From Pseudomonadota bacterium (GTDB taxonomy: Bacteria; Desulfobacterota; Desulfobacteria; Desulfobacterales; JBDRRP01), in the NCBI GenBank assembly GCA_043825735.1, contig JBDRRP010000050.1, forward strand, positions 62,001-95,545: a DNA stretch of 33,545 nt. The letters run 5' to 3'. The notes below the pieces were generated by a model. That model searched no databases. It had not been told where the DNA came from and was given only the letters and a program-made list of their open reading frames with translations. A program made the position numbers and the translations under genes. Shown here piece by piece: positions 1 to 8,913 of this stretch. Within the stretch, counting starts at the first letter, position 1. Each line of letters starts with the position of its first letter.

Positions 1-341
1 CTGCGGATGGTGTCCACGACCCCCGTGTTGATGACCACCGGCTCACGAAACACCGCGCCACCGTGCACCACCCGGTGGCCGATGCCAAAAAGCGTGCCGG
101 AACCGTCCAGGTCTCCGGAGTCGCGCAACACCTGCCAGATAAGGGCAAATCCAGTTCTGTGGGTGGCGACGGCGTCGTCTACGATGATATCCGCCACGCG
201 GTCTGCCGACCGGTGCACGAGGCGGCTCTTCTCTTCGCCAATGCGTTCCAGCAAGCCGCCGGCATGCTCGGAACCAGCGGCCATGTCATATAGTCGGTAC
301 TTGATGGAGGAGCTTCCCGTGTTGATCGCCAGAACCTTCAT
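1..341 (-). CDS. ackA: Acetate kinase, 5' part (runs off window start; not in the supplied ORF track)
   Basis: Manual minus-strand translation from ATG at 341: MKVLAINTGSSSIKYRLYDM...LLERIGE...GIGHRVVHGG (acetate kinase signatures). RBS AAAGGAG just upstream. Confidence 0.93.
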   Translation of the reverse strand, partial: MKVLAINTGSSSIKYRLYDMAAGSEHAGGLLERIGEEKSRLVHRSADRVADIIVDDAVATHRTGFALIWQVLRDSGDLDGSGTLFGIGHRVVHGGAVFREPVVINTGVVDTIR

Positions 342-401
342 TCACACTCCTTTCGAGAGTTCCCATCATGCCGTGCCGGCGTCTCGATTGCAACCACCGG
401 T

Positions 402-530
402 GATGCATTCGTAAAAAGTCGGGATCTCTCGCAAAGCCGCCAAGATCGCAAAGTTAACGCAATCATATTAAATAATTTCCTTGGCGCGCTTGGCGTCTTT
501 GCGAGAAAATTGCTTTTTTATGACTTCATC
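402..530. repeat. Nested intergenic inverted-repeat element (REP/MITE-like)
   Basis: Outer arms GATG..CGTAAAAAGTC / GCTTTTTTATGACTTCATC enclose inner arms TCTCGCAAAGCCGCCAAGATCGCAAAG (427-453) / CTTGGCGCGCTTGGCGTCTTTGCGAGA (480-506) around an AT-rich spacer. Confidence 0.75.
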
Positions 531-615
531 GTCCTTGCGTGTCCCGACGCTGCAGTTTTTGTTGACCTGGACTCCCGTTGCCGGTAGTCAGGAACGTTCG
601 CCCGCCAAGGAGAGG

Positions 616-1575
616 ATGTTGAACGACCACGAACCGCCATTTCAGGCCCCAGGACCCTTCCGCCCCCTGCTGATGCTGCTCATCGGTGCGGTGATGATCA
701 GTTTTTCATCGGTGTACGTCAAGATCGCCCATGTGAGCCCCTCGGTGTCGGCGTTCTACCGGGTGTTTTTCGGGGCGCTGGTGCTGATGGGTATGGCTGT
801 GTTTCGTCAGCGCTTCCGCTGGCGGGGGCGGCGATACCTGATGCTGGCGGCAGTGTGCAGCGGCAGTTTTGCCCTGGACCTTTTCCTCTGGCACCGGAGC
901 ATCCACTTCGTGGGTCCTGGTCTGGCCACGTTGCTGGCCAACTTCCAGGTTTTCATCCTGGCAGCCATCGGCATCGTGGTCCTCAAGGAACCCTTTCGGT
1001 GGCGGATTGCCGTTGCCATCCCCATGGCTTTTTGCGGCCTGGTCCTCATCGTGGGCATCGACTGGGGACAGCTCGGCGCAGCGTACCGTCTCGGCGTGGT
1101 GTTTGGCCTCCTGGCAGCACTTTGCTATAGCGTGTACCTGATATCTCTCAAACGCATCCAGTCTCTGCCCGCGGGTCTGCCGCCCCTGGAGAATCTTGCC
1201 GTGGTTTCCCTGATGGCCGCCGGGTGGCTGGCCGTGGACATCTGGTACAGCGGTGAAAGCTTTCACATCCCGGATACCACATCCACCCTCGCCCTGTTGG
1301 CCTATGGCGTTTTCAGTCAGGTGGCGGGCTGGGTGATCATCGCTTCGGCGCTGCCCCGGGTGCGGGCATCCTTTGCCGGGCTGGCGCTGCTACTGCAACC
1401 GACGCTGGCCTATGTGTGGGATGTTCTCTTCTTTCACCGGGCCGTATCCCTGCTAAATCTGGCGGGGGTGGCGCTGGCCATTTGCGGGATTTACCTGGGA
1501 ACCTCATCGGCTGCAGCGCAGAAGCCTTTGCCGGTTGATGCAGACGCTGCCGGACCATTTTCACGTCGCTTTTGA
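616..1575 (+). CDS. DMT/EamA family transporter
   Basis: About 10 hydrophobic helices in two halves; motifs AFYRVFFGA, SIHFVGPGLATLLAN, LKEP, LLQP. Start placed at ATG 616 after AGGAGAGG. Confidence 0.88.
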   Translation: MLNDHEPPFQAPGPFRPLLMLLIGAVMISFSSVYVKIAHVSPSVSAFYRVFFGALVLMGMAVFRQRFRWRGRRYLMLAAVCSGSFALDLFLWHRSIHFVGPGLATLLANFQVFILAAIGIVVLKEPFRWRIAVAIPMAFCGLVLIVGIDWGQLGAAYRLGVVFGLLAALCYSVYLISLKRIQSLPAGLPPLENLAVVSLMAAGWLAVDIWYSGESFHIPDTTSTLALLAYGVFSQVAGWVIIASALPRVRASFAGLALLLQPTLAYVWDVLFFHRAVSLLNLAGVALAICGIYLGTSSAAAQKPLPVDADAAGPFSRRF

Positions 1576-1695
1576 CGCGAGGGGCCATTGCGGTATAGAG
1601 TGCAGCCAACATCCTCATCTGTACACGCATCCAAGATGGTGCTGCCCGGCACTGTTTGCCGTTTTGAACAGATGTTGGAAATGGGAGACTGAAAG

Positions 1696-2514
1696 ATGCA
1701 TTCAGTGAAAATCTATCTTCTGGGGTTGGCGGCAGCCCTGTGCTGGGCGGTTCAGTTGCCCGGGCCAGCGGTGGCCGATGTCATTATTTTGAACGACGGC
1801 CGGCAGATCGAAACCCCCCGGGCCATTGTGGAAGGCTCGCAGGTTTTCTATTACAAGGGCGAGAAGGTGTACTCGATGCCCCATTCCCAGGTCCGGGAAA
1901 TCCGGCGGGGCGAGGCCGAAACCGAGTCCACCGCTGAAAAAAATGCCTCGCATCCCAACCATTTCTACCGGTTGGTATTCACCGACGGACGGACCGTTCA
2001 GATTGACGACTACAACGACGCGGGAAACGTCATCCGATATACCAAGTACGACGTTCGAGTGACCATGGATAAAAGCGTTATCCGGACCATCACTCGCGTC
2101 TCCGAGGACGGCGAGCAGGTGGTCTTTCGTCATGGCGAAGCGCTGAAGAAGGCCCCGCCGGTCCAGCAGCGTAAGCAAGAGGAAGCAGCCCTTCGCCGGA
2201 TGAGCGAAGAAAGCCGGGAGCGCGCCGTTTACAGCGCTATCGTCGACGAAAAGGCCATGGAAGCCGATGCTTCCAAGGAAAGACAGAAGGGAAACAAACG
2301 CTGCCTGGACAAGTGCCTTCAAACGATGTTGGCTTGCCGCAACAAATGCGCCGAGATTCTCGACACCCTCAAGTCCAGAAAGGTCGGGGAAACCGATCCG
2401 GCCTACGTCATGATCCACAAGGACGTGGTCACCCCCTGCATCCGCCAGTGCGTCACCACGGAATCCGCCTGCCGTTACAATTGCGACAAGGCGCCCGCCA
2501 CGTCACAGCCCTGA
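1696..2514 (+). CDS. Secreted hypothetical protein with a duplicated small beta domain and an 8-Cys C-terminus
   Basis: Signal peptide ending PAVA-D; RBS GGGAGA; two 'DGR' repeats; two Cx3Cx6Cx3C clusters. Confidence 0.75.
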   Translation: MHSVKIYLLGLAAALCWAVQLPGPAVADVIILNDGRQIETPRAIVEGSQVFYYKGEKVYSMPHSQVREIRRGEAETESTAEKNASHPNHFYRLVFTDGRTVQIDDYNDAGNVIRYTKYDVRVTMDKSVIRTITRVSEDGEQVVFRHGEALKKAPPVQQRKQEEAALRRMSEESRERAVYSAIVDEKAMEADASKERQKGNKRCLDKCLQTMLACRNKCAEILDTLKSRKVGETDPAYVMIHKDVVTPCIRQCVTTESACRYNCDKAPATSQP

Positions 2515-2549
2515 TTGGTAAATGACGGCACCGGAAAAAACCCGAATTT

Positions 2550-2586
2550 ACCACAGAGGGCACAGAGGGCACAGAGAGCGCAGAGA
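2550..2586. repeat. 9-nt-period CACAGAG/CGCAGAG short repeat between convergent genes
   Basis: ACCACAGAGGGCACAGAGGGCACAGAGAGCGCAGAGA; same family as the arm at 24549. Confidence 0.7.
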
Positions 2587-2700
2587 TAAAGCATTAATAA
2601 TTCGTATGATTTCCAGAAGGCTGCTACGATTCCCGCGTTTTAAAATCGAGGCCTTACTTCCACCGTGGCCGTGGGTGCATGGTGAGGTTTCAGATAAGCG

Positions 2701-4209
2701 CTATCGGCCCCGACCCGGCAGCAGCAGGCACAATGCGAGGCAGAGCACTGCGGCCACGACCACGGCCCAGAACACCTGGGTGACACTGGCGGCAACAGCC
2801 TCGTGGAGCATGCGGCTGAGCGCCGGCGGCATGAGCGCCTGCGCCTCCGGCTGAAGCAGGCGCTCGATGTGTCCGGCGGCGCCTTCCTTCAGGTGGGGCG
2901 GCAGGCGGTCGAGAAGGCCTGACGCCTGCATCTGGGATTCCAGGCGGGCAAACCCGGTGGCGATGAAACTGCCGCAGATGCCGACCCCCACCGCACCGCC
3001 GAGGGTCCGGGCAAACTGATTTGACGCGGTGGCTACCCCAAGATCTTCCGGTCCCACGCAGGACTGCACCACCAGCAGCGTGGACAGCGAAACGCAGCCC
3101 ATGCCGACCCCCACGATGAAAAAGCTCGAAAAACTGTAAGCCATCCCGGTGCCTTCCGAAAACCCCAGGGTCATGGCGCAGCCGGCGACCAGCACCGCGG
3201 CGCCGGCCGCGGCGGTCGATTTGAGACCCATTCGGTCAATGAACCGGCCTAGGGCGAGGGCGCCCAGTGACCAGCCCAGGCTCAGTGAGAGCATGGCCAC
3301 CCCTACGGCCATTGGGGATTTTCCCTGGACGCCCTGGATGAACAGCGGCGCGTAGGCAAAGAGGGAGAAGATGGCGACGCTGCTCAAAAACACCGCCCCG
3401 TTGCCGGCGCTGAATGCCCTGATCTTGAAAAACCCGATGGAGAGGATGGGATCGGCGGCGCGGTTTTCGGCCCACACGAACGCGGCGGTTCCCAGAGCAA
3501 ACACGGCGAGCAGTCCTGCCACCGGCGCCGATCCCCAGGCGACCGTCCGTCCGCCCAGCATGAAGGCGAACAGCAACGCCAGAATCGCGGTGGACAGGGT
3601 GGCAACGCCCAAAAAATCCAGTGTCACGTGCGCCTTTTTAGGCCGGGTTTCCACGAAATGGACGCCCACGCCCCATAATGAGAGCGCGCCCAGGGGGATG
3701 TTGATGAAAAATATCCACCGCCAGGAAAAGTACGTCACGATGAACCCGCCCAGTGTGGGTCCCAGCACACTGGCGATTCCCCAGACGGAACTGGCCAGAG
3801 ACAGGGTGCGCCCCCGGAGCGCGGGTTCCGAAACGTCGGCCAGCACGATGTAGACCAGTGCGAAAATACCCCCGGCGCCGATGCCCTGAACAATGCGCGC
3901 GGCGATGAGGGCGATCATGTTTCCCGCGGCGCCGGCTGCCGCCGAGGCGGCGAGAAAGACGGCGATGGCGATCAGAAAAAGATTGCGGCTGCGATAGAGG
4001 TCGGCCAGTTTGCCGAAGACGGGCAGCGATACAGCCCGGGCGAGAAAGTAGGCCGAGTAGACCCAGCTATACAGGGCGAGTCCGCCGAGATCAGCCACCA
4101 CGCTGGGCATGGTCGCCGAGACCACCAGCGCGTCCATGGCGCCCAGAAACAGGGCCAGCAGGGTGGACAAAATTACGGTGGTGCGCTGGGCTGGGGTAAT
4201 GGGTGACAC
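2701..4209 (-). CDS. MFS drug:H+ antiporter (DHA2/EmrB-QacA type, ~14 TM)
   Basis: LFLGAMDALVVSATMP, GKLADLYR, RIVQGIGAGG, GPTLGG, SWRWIFFINIPLG. Likely GTG start at 4209 after AAGGA (ORF is open to 4245). Confidence 0.9.
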   Translation of the reverse strand: MSPITPAQRTTVILSTLLALFLGAMDALVVSATMPSVVADLGGLALYSWVYSAYFLARAVSLPVFGKLADLYRSRNLFLIAIAVFLAASAAAGAAGNMIALIAARIVQGIGAGGIFALVYIVLADVSEPALRGRTLSLASSVWGIASVLGPTLGGFIVTYFSWRWIFFINIPLGALSLWGVGVHFVETRPKKAHVTLDFLGVATLSTAILALLFAFMLGGRTVAWGSAPVAGLLAVFALGTAAFVWAENRAADPILSIGFFKIRAFSAGNGAVFLSSVAIFSLFAYAPLFIQGVQGKSPMAVGVAMLSLSLGWSLGALALGRFIDRMGLKSTAAAGAAVLVAGCAMTLGFSEGTGMAYSFSSFFIVGVGMGCVSLSTLLVVQSCVGPEDLGVATASNQFARTLGGAVGVGICGSFIATGFARLESQMQASGLLDRLPPHLKEGAAGHIERLLQPEAQALMPPALSRMLHEAVAASVTQVFWAVVVAAVLCLALCLLLPGRGR

Positions 4210-4764
4210 GGCGGTTCCTTTTAATGTGGACAATCCGCCGTCCATACTTCAAGACTGCCCTGCTCGCAAGCGTAGTCAGGAGTTGTCCTGGCCCAATAGC
4301 AGATACTCCGGGCTCTCCCTAATAGCGATACCAAGCCAGAAGTGCCGAGGCGATATGCGCGACACGAAAATTGGCTACAAAAACTTCTTGACAAAAACTT
4401 TGACAGTATTGTATCGGAATTGCAAGTTCTCTGAAGGGCCAGTTCACATTACCTTTCATTGAATCACCCCTCCCAGCAAACGCTTTCCCTCCTGCGTTGA
4501 CTTGTTGACGGAAGCATAAACCCTTCCGATAGACAGTATTCTGTTTTATATCACAGCATGCGATCTGCCCAAACAGATACCCAGAAACAAGACAGTTTCG
4601 TCGCGAAAAGTGAATACCAATGATGCGCGTTGAGAGGCCCCTGTCCCCTGTGGAGCGGTCATCATCTATCACTGAAAACGCTGTAGAGATGTAATTTTTC
4701 AGCCTTCCCGTCATCCGGGCGAAGGAGGCTGTGTCGTAATGATAAAATGCTGTCAAAATCAGAT

Positions 4765-4845
4765 CGTCATGCCGGTGAAGGCCGGCATCCAGAAAGCTTT
4801 AACGGCCTGAAAACCAACTGGATATAGGCCTGCGCCGGAATGACG
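4765..4845. repeat. REP-like palindromic doublet (GTCATGCCGG...CCGGCATCCAG / CTGGAT...CCGGAATGAC)
   Basis: Inverted arms with internal hairpins. Related copy at 21009-21081 and a degenerate one at about 4890-4992. Confidence 0.75.
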
Positions 4846-5134
4846 GCCGGACGAAAACCGTCCCTTCTGGGGATTATGACACAGCCTCGAAGGCCTGAAT
4901 CCTGAGGTTTCGGTCAGTCCTGGACTGTCTTGGAAAACCGATGCCTCCTACCGGGTTCCAGGCGAAAAGCACCTGCTTGCGCAGGAGTGACGGGCATTGG
5001 GTTTACTAAAAAGCCCGAAAGCGCAACGAGCAACAGTGCGCTGAGGTAATCCGTTAAAAATACTAAGTCCCCTCTGCGGTTCGAACTAATGTTGGGTGCG
5101 CAGCCTTTGGATTCCACAATCAACAGGAGCTGAT

Positions 5135-6274
5135 ATGAAAAGCACTTTGGTAAAAAGGTATTGGCTGAGTTTACTTGTGGCTGTCGCAACAGTATGCAGC
5201 GCACCTGCCTTTAACGCTCTTTCTCACGCGAGTACAACTGAAACCGCATTCCTGCTGGTTTCCGATGAGGCGCCGGGGGCCGCTGTTTTTCAGGATATTT
5301 CTGGAAACAATATCCAGGTGACACCGACGGGGAATACCAACCACAGCGCGGCTCAGTCCAAATTTGGCGACACTTCGATTCGATTTGATGGAAGTGGTGA
5401 CTACCTGACACTATCGCAGGATCCGCTCTACAATGTCGGATCCGGGAATTTTACAATTGATATGTGGGTTTTTCTGAATTCTCCGGACGCCATTTTCTTC
5501 TGGAATTACGACTTCAACAGTGGTGGTGGCTTGCAGGTCTATCAGGGGTCTGGCCAATTGGCTGTAATGGTGGGAGGAGCACCATCATTATTGACAGCTG
5601 GCCCCTTGCCGACCGGTATGTGGAATCATCTGGCAATAGTGAGAAATATCACTCAATTGTCAGTCTATGTAAATGGCGGCCTCGTCGCTGCTACCACATT
5701 GTCCAGTGCTTATGCAGTTTCGAGTAATCCAACGAGTTTCGGCTGCATTGCTTCGATTCCTACAGTTTATCCTATGAACGGATATCTGGAAGCGATTCGG
5801 TATACTAAGGGGGCCATTTGGACCAGCAGCTTTACTCCTCCAACAACAGCTGCGCCTGTTATGCCCGCCAGATGGCAGACTACTGACAATAACGCCTTAG
5901 TGACAGAAGGCTGCATTGGCATCGGTACGGCCACGCCCCAATCGGCGCTTGCGGTGAATGGAACCGTCACCGCCAAAGAAGTCGTGGTGACAGACGCCGG
6001 GTGGGCCGATTTTGTCTTTGACGAGGGGTATGTCGTTCCTGAGATCGGCGCCGTAGAAACCTTCATCAAGCAAAACGGCCGCTTGCCGGGGATCCCGCGT
6101 GCTTCGGTCATCGCAGAATCGGGCATCAGCGTTTCTGAAATGTTTCGTCTCCAGATGCAGAAGATCGAAGAGTTGACCCTGTACATGATCGCTCTTGAGA
6201 AGAAGAACCGGGAAATGGGCGAAAAGATTCGGTCGATGGAGGCGCAGCAGGGCCACCATCTGAGTCATGAATGA
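5135..6274 (+). CDS. Secreted LamG-domain protein with tail-fibre/intramolecular-chaperone-like (S74-related) C-terminus
   Basis: RBS AGGAG, ATG 5135, signal peptide. LamG motifs AQSKFG..FDGSGDYL, NFTIDMWV, WNHLAIVR, VYVNG, GYLEAIRYTKG. C-terminus GIGTATPQSALAVNG...WADFVF...LPGIP...KIEELTLY plus coiled coil. Confidence 0.8.
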   Translation: MKSTLVKRYWLSLLVAVATVCSAPAFNALSHASTTETAFLLVSDEAPGAAVFQDISGNNIQVTPTGNTNHSAAQSKFGDTSIRFDGSGDYLTLSQDPLYNVGSGNFTIDMWVFLNSPDAIFFWNYDFNSGGGLQVYQGSGQLAVMVGGAPSLLTAGPLPTGMWNHLAIVRNITQLSVYVNGGLVAATTLSSAYAVSSNPTSFGCIASIPTVYPMNGYLEAIRYTKGAIWTSSFTPPTTAAPVMPARWQTTDNNALVTEGCIGIGTATPQSALAVNGTVTAKEVVVTDAGWADFVFDEGYVVPEIGAVETFIKQNGRLPGIPRASVIAESGISVSEMFRLQMQKIEELTLYMIALEKKNREMGEKIRSMEAQQGHHLSHE

Positions 6275-6330
6275 TGGTTTTACCTAAAAGCGCTCCCGTC
6301 ATGACACGTTTCTCCGAAAGCGAGTTTCAC

Positions 6331-8748
6331 ATGGCTAAAATCAACACCCTTGTCGGCTTGTTATTCGTGCTCCTCATTGCCTCCCCGGCCCTGGGGGAAA
6401 TGGATGTTCTCCTCAGAGACGCGGCCGTCGTATCCGGAACAACGGCGGCATACACGGCCAGCCGGTCGATTACCGCCGGGCCGAGTTATGTGGTTGAAAA
6501 CGGGGCGACATTGTCGCTTTACGCCGGGCAAACCATCACCCTGCTGCCTGGTTTTCACGCCCAGGCCGGCAGCGCCGTTCTGCTGCACGTTACCGGTGAA
6601 GATGCCGTCCCGCCGACGATACTGAGCGCATACCCGGCAGATGCTGACGTTATCGCCTCCCAGGGCAATCCGGTGACACTGCTAATCGCCTTCTCCGATG
6701 CGCATTCCGGCATCCGCACCGTGACGCTGCTCGACGGGCTGGGAAACGACATCAGCACCCAGGCCATTATCGATGGGGACTCTCTTGAATACGTCATCGA
6801 TGCTACTGGCGATGCGGATTATTCGTTCACGATCATTATCGAAGATCTGGCCGGAAACACCGTGACCAAGGTGATGTCCTTCAGAATCGATGCGACGATC
6901 CCGGTAACGACCGTTGACACCGCCGGCGAGCAGTTCACAGACCCCGTAAGCATCTCCTTTGGATGCTCCGAGGACGCCACCATTTACTACTCTACCGACG
7001 GGTACCCGCCGTTCATCGGTGCGGCCAACACGATCGTCCTCCCCGCTGCGGCGGCGGCCCTGACCATCGACGGCACCACGCGCCTGACCTATTTCGCGGT
7101 GGATGCGGCCGGCAATGTCGAGGAGACGAAAAGCGTCGTTTACTATTTCGACGATATCCCGCCGACGGTGACCGAACTGTCTGCAACGTACAACGCCGGC
7201 AGCGATCGAATTGAACTGGCGTGGCAGGTTCCGGCCGTGCCGGTTGCCTCATATCAGCTATACCGCGCCATCAGCCTCCACGACCTGAAAATTCTTGAAG
7301 ACAGCCGGACTGGCGGTTACCGGCCTCCGGAGCGCTTGCGCCTCGCCGCCGGGCAGACCACCGGCACCAGCTTCAACGACACCGACATCATGCCCGGTAT
7401 CACTTACTGGTACGGGGTCACTGTCATAGATGCGCTGGGTCAGGAAAGCCTGATCTCATGGCTGGTGAATGCCACCTCAACGGCCGTAACCACCGCACAG
7501 ACCCGGGAGGAGGCCATCGCCAAGGCATTGACCTGGCTCGAAGCCTATCAGCAACCGACCGGTTTTTGGGGAAATAGCCGGCGCCTGAAAACCATCGCCA
7601 CCATCCATGCGCTGGATCTCTTCCGGCAACATGATGTCGATTCCGCCGGCATCCGCAGCGGCGTCTATGCACTGAGAGGCGCGCCGGCCCTGAACAACGA
7701 TTTTCTGGCCCGTCGCATCGCCACGCTGTCTTCCTACGGGCAGAACGTCGATGCCGAAATGGCGCAGCTCATCGTCAATGCCCATCGCATCGGCGACCAG
7801 TTGAACGGTTGGGGCATCCAGAAGAACTATTTCCCCGATCCTGTCGACATCGTGCTGGGCGCTAAAGCCGTTGAGCAGTCCGGCACCGCGCTGACATTTC
7901 CCAATGAATGCTACAATTCCCTTCGCGACTGGCATGCGCCGCTCAACGAGAACTACAATATCCGCAGCGCAGAGGCCGACAAGTTCGCGTGGGTGAACCT
8001 GGGCGAGCCGAGCATTTATGCCTCGGCCATGGCCTATGCCGTCATGGACGCCCATTACCGAGACGATGCGCCGGTGATCGATTACCAGTGGATCATAGAC
8101 GCACAGCAGGAAGACGGTTCGCTTGGCGGAAGCCTCATGGACACTGCCGGTGTGCTGCTGTGGCTGGACATCCCCGAGAGCGCCCGCACCGCAGCGGTGG
8201 GTTATTTGGTGTCACAGCAGGCAGCCGATGGCAGTTGGGACGCCAGCCCATTCACCACGGCCCTGTGTGCCAAGGCGCTCACCGCGGCACATCCCTTCGG
8301 TCACAAAAAACACGCCTTCGGTGGAAGCGACTACGCTTTTTCAATATTCAAGGATGGCTGGGACTTTGCCGGGGACGACTTCACTTTCACCATGAAGGTG
8401 AAACTCGTCGATGACGGCCGAAGGTTTCACGGGCTCGCATCTCAAAACCAAAGTTGGAGAATCCACTACGACCGGCTTTACAACATCATCGCATTGAATG
8501 CTGCCGACGGCAGCGTCAGCTTCAACACCAATGCGCTCGGCGACCTTCTCTTCGATGGCAGTACCCACACCGTCGAAGTGAATCGGACGGGTAGTCTCTG
8601 GCGGATATGGGTCGATGGCAGCCTGCAAAGCTATTACACCAACGCCAATGCCATGCCCGATCTCGACCGCCGCCGGTATATCGGCAGGGTCAACCTTGGC
8701 AGCGGGTGGGATTACCTAAACGGAGAGATCGAAATCATAATGCCATAG
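6331..8748 (+). CDS. Secreted multidomain protein: beta-stack ('ITLLPGFHA') + Ig-like + chitobiase-C/Fn3-associated + FN3 + prenyltransferase/squalene-cyclase-like alpha-barrel + LamG-like
   Basis: Signal peptide MAKINT...SPALG. Motifs DLAGN, ATIYYSTDG, AVDAAGNVE, FN3 (LAW..YQLYR..TYWYGV), QW-type repeats QQPTGFW, QQEDGSL, QQAADGSW, and C-terminal HTVEVNR..IWVDG. ORF is open from 6271; start uncertain. Confidence 0.75.
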   Translation: MAKINTLVGLLFVLLIASPALGEMDVLLRDAAVVSGTTAAYTASRSITAGPSYVVENGATLSLYAGQTITLLPGFHAQAGSAVLLHVTGEDAVPPTILSAYPADADVIASQGNPVTLLIAFSDAHSGIRTVTLLDGLGNDISTQAIIDGDSLEYVIDATGDADYSFTIIIEDLAGNTVTKVMSFRIDATIPVTTVDTAGEQFTDPVSISFGCSEDATIYYSTDGYPPFIGAANTIVLPAAAAALTIDGTTRLTYFAVDAAGNVEETKSVVYYFDDIPPTVTELSATYNAGSDRIELAWQVPAVPVASYQLYRAISLHDLKILEDSRTGGYRPPERLRLAAGQTTGTSFNDTDIMPGITYWYGVTVIDALGQESLISWLVNATSTAVTTAQTREEAIAKALTWLEAYQQPTGFWGNSRRLKTIATIHALDLFRQHDVDSAGIRSGVYALRGAPALNNDFLARRIATLSSYGQNVDAEMAQLIVNAHRIGDQLNGWGIQKNYFPDPVDIVLGAKAVEQSGTALTFPNECYNSLRDWHAPLNENYNIRSAEADKFAWVNLGEPSIYASAMAYAVMDAHYRDDAPVIDYQWIIDAQQEDGSLGGSLMDTAGVLLWLDIPESARTAAVGYLVSQQAADGSWDASPFTTALCAKALTAAHPFGHKKHAFGGSDYAFSIFKDGWDFAGDDFTFTMKVKLVDDGRRFHGLASQNQSWRIHYDRLYNIIALNAADGSVSFNTNALGDLLFDGSTHTVEVNRTGSLWRIWVDGSLQSYYTNANAMPDLDRRRYIGRVNLGSGWDYLNGEIEIIMP

Positions 8749-8913
8749 ATGGTGCGGTTGCAGACCAAAGATTCAATGCATCGGCCCGTTTTTGAAAAGG
8801 TGAACCTGGCTATGCACTATTCTCCAGTGGATGGGCGAGATCGAATTGGGCAAACAAGACGAGTCGTTGCAACGAAGCATCCATGCATGCAAAACCATAT
8901 GGGAACCCAAACC

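Noticed and set aside
7..414. Plus-strand 135-aa and 76-aa ORFs
   Set aside because: Shadows of ackA on the minus strand.
481..615. N-terminal extension of the DMT ORF from TTG 481
   Set aside because: Starts inside a repeat element; a better RBS and ATG exist at 616.
2522..2854. ORF with HRGHRGHRE
   Set aside because: Translation of the 9-nt repeat; overlaps the MFS gene antisense.
5069..5105. GGTTCGAA T-loop-like motif suggesting a tRNA or riboswitch
   Set aside because: No cloverleaf, acceptor stem or recognisable riboswitch consensus.
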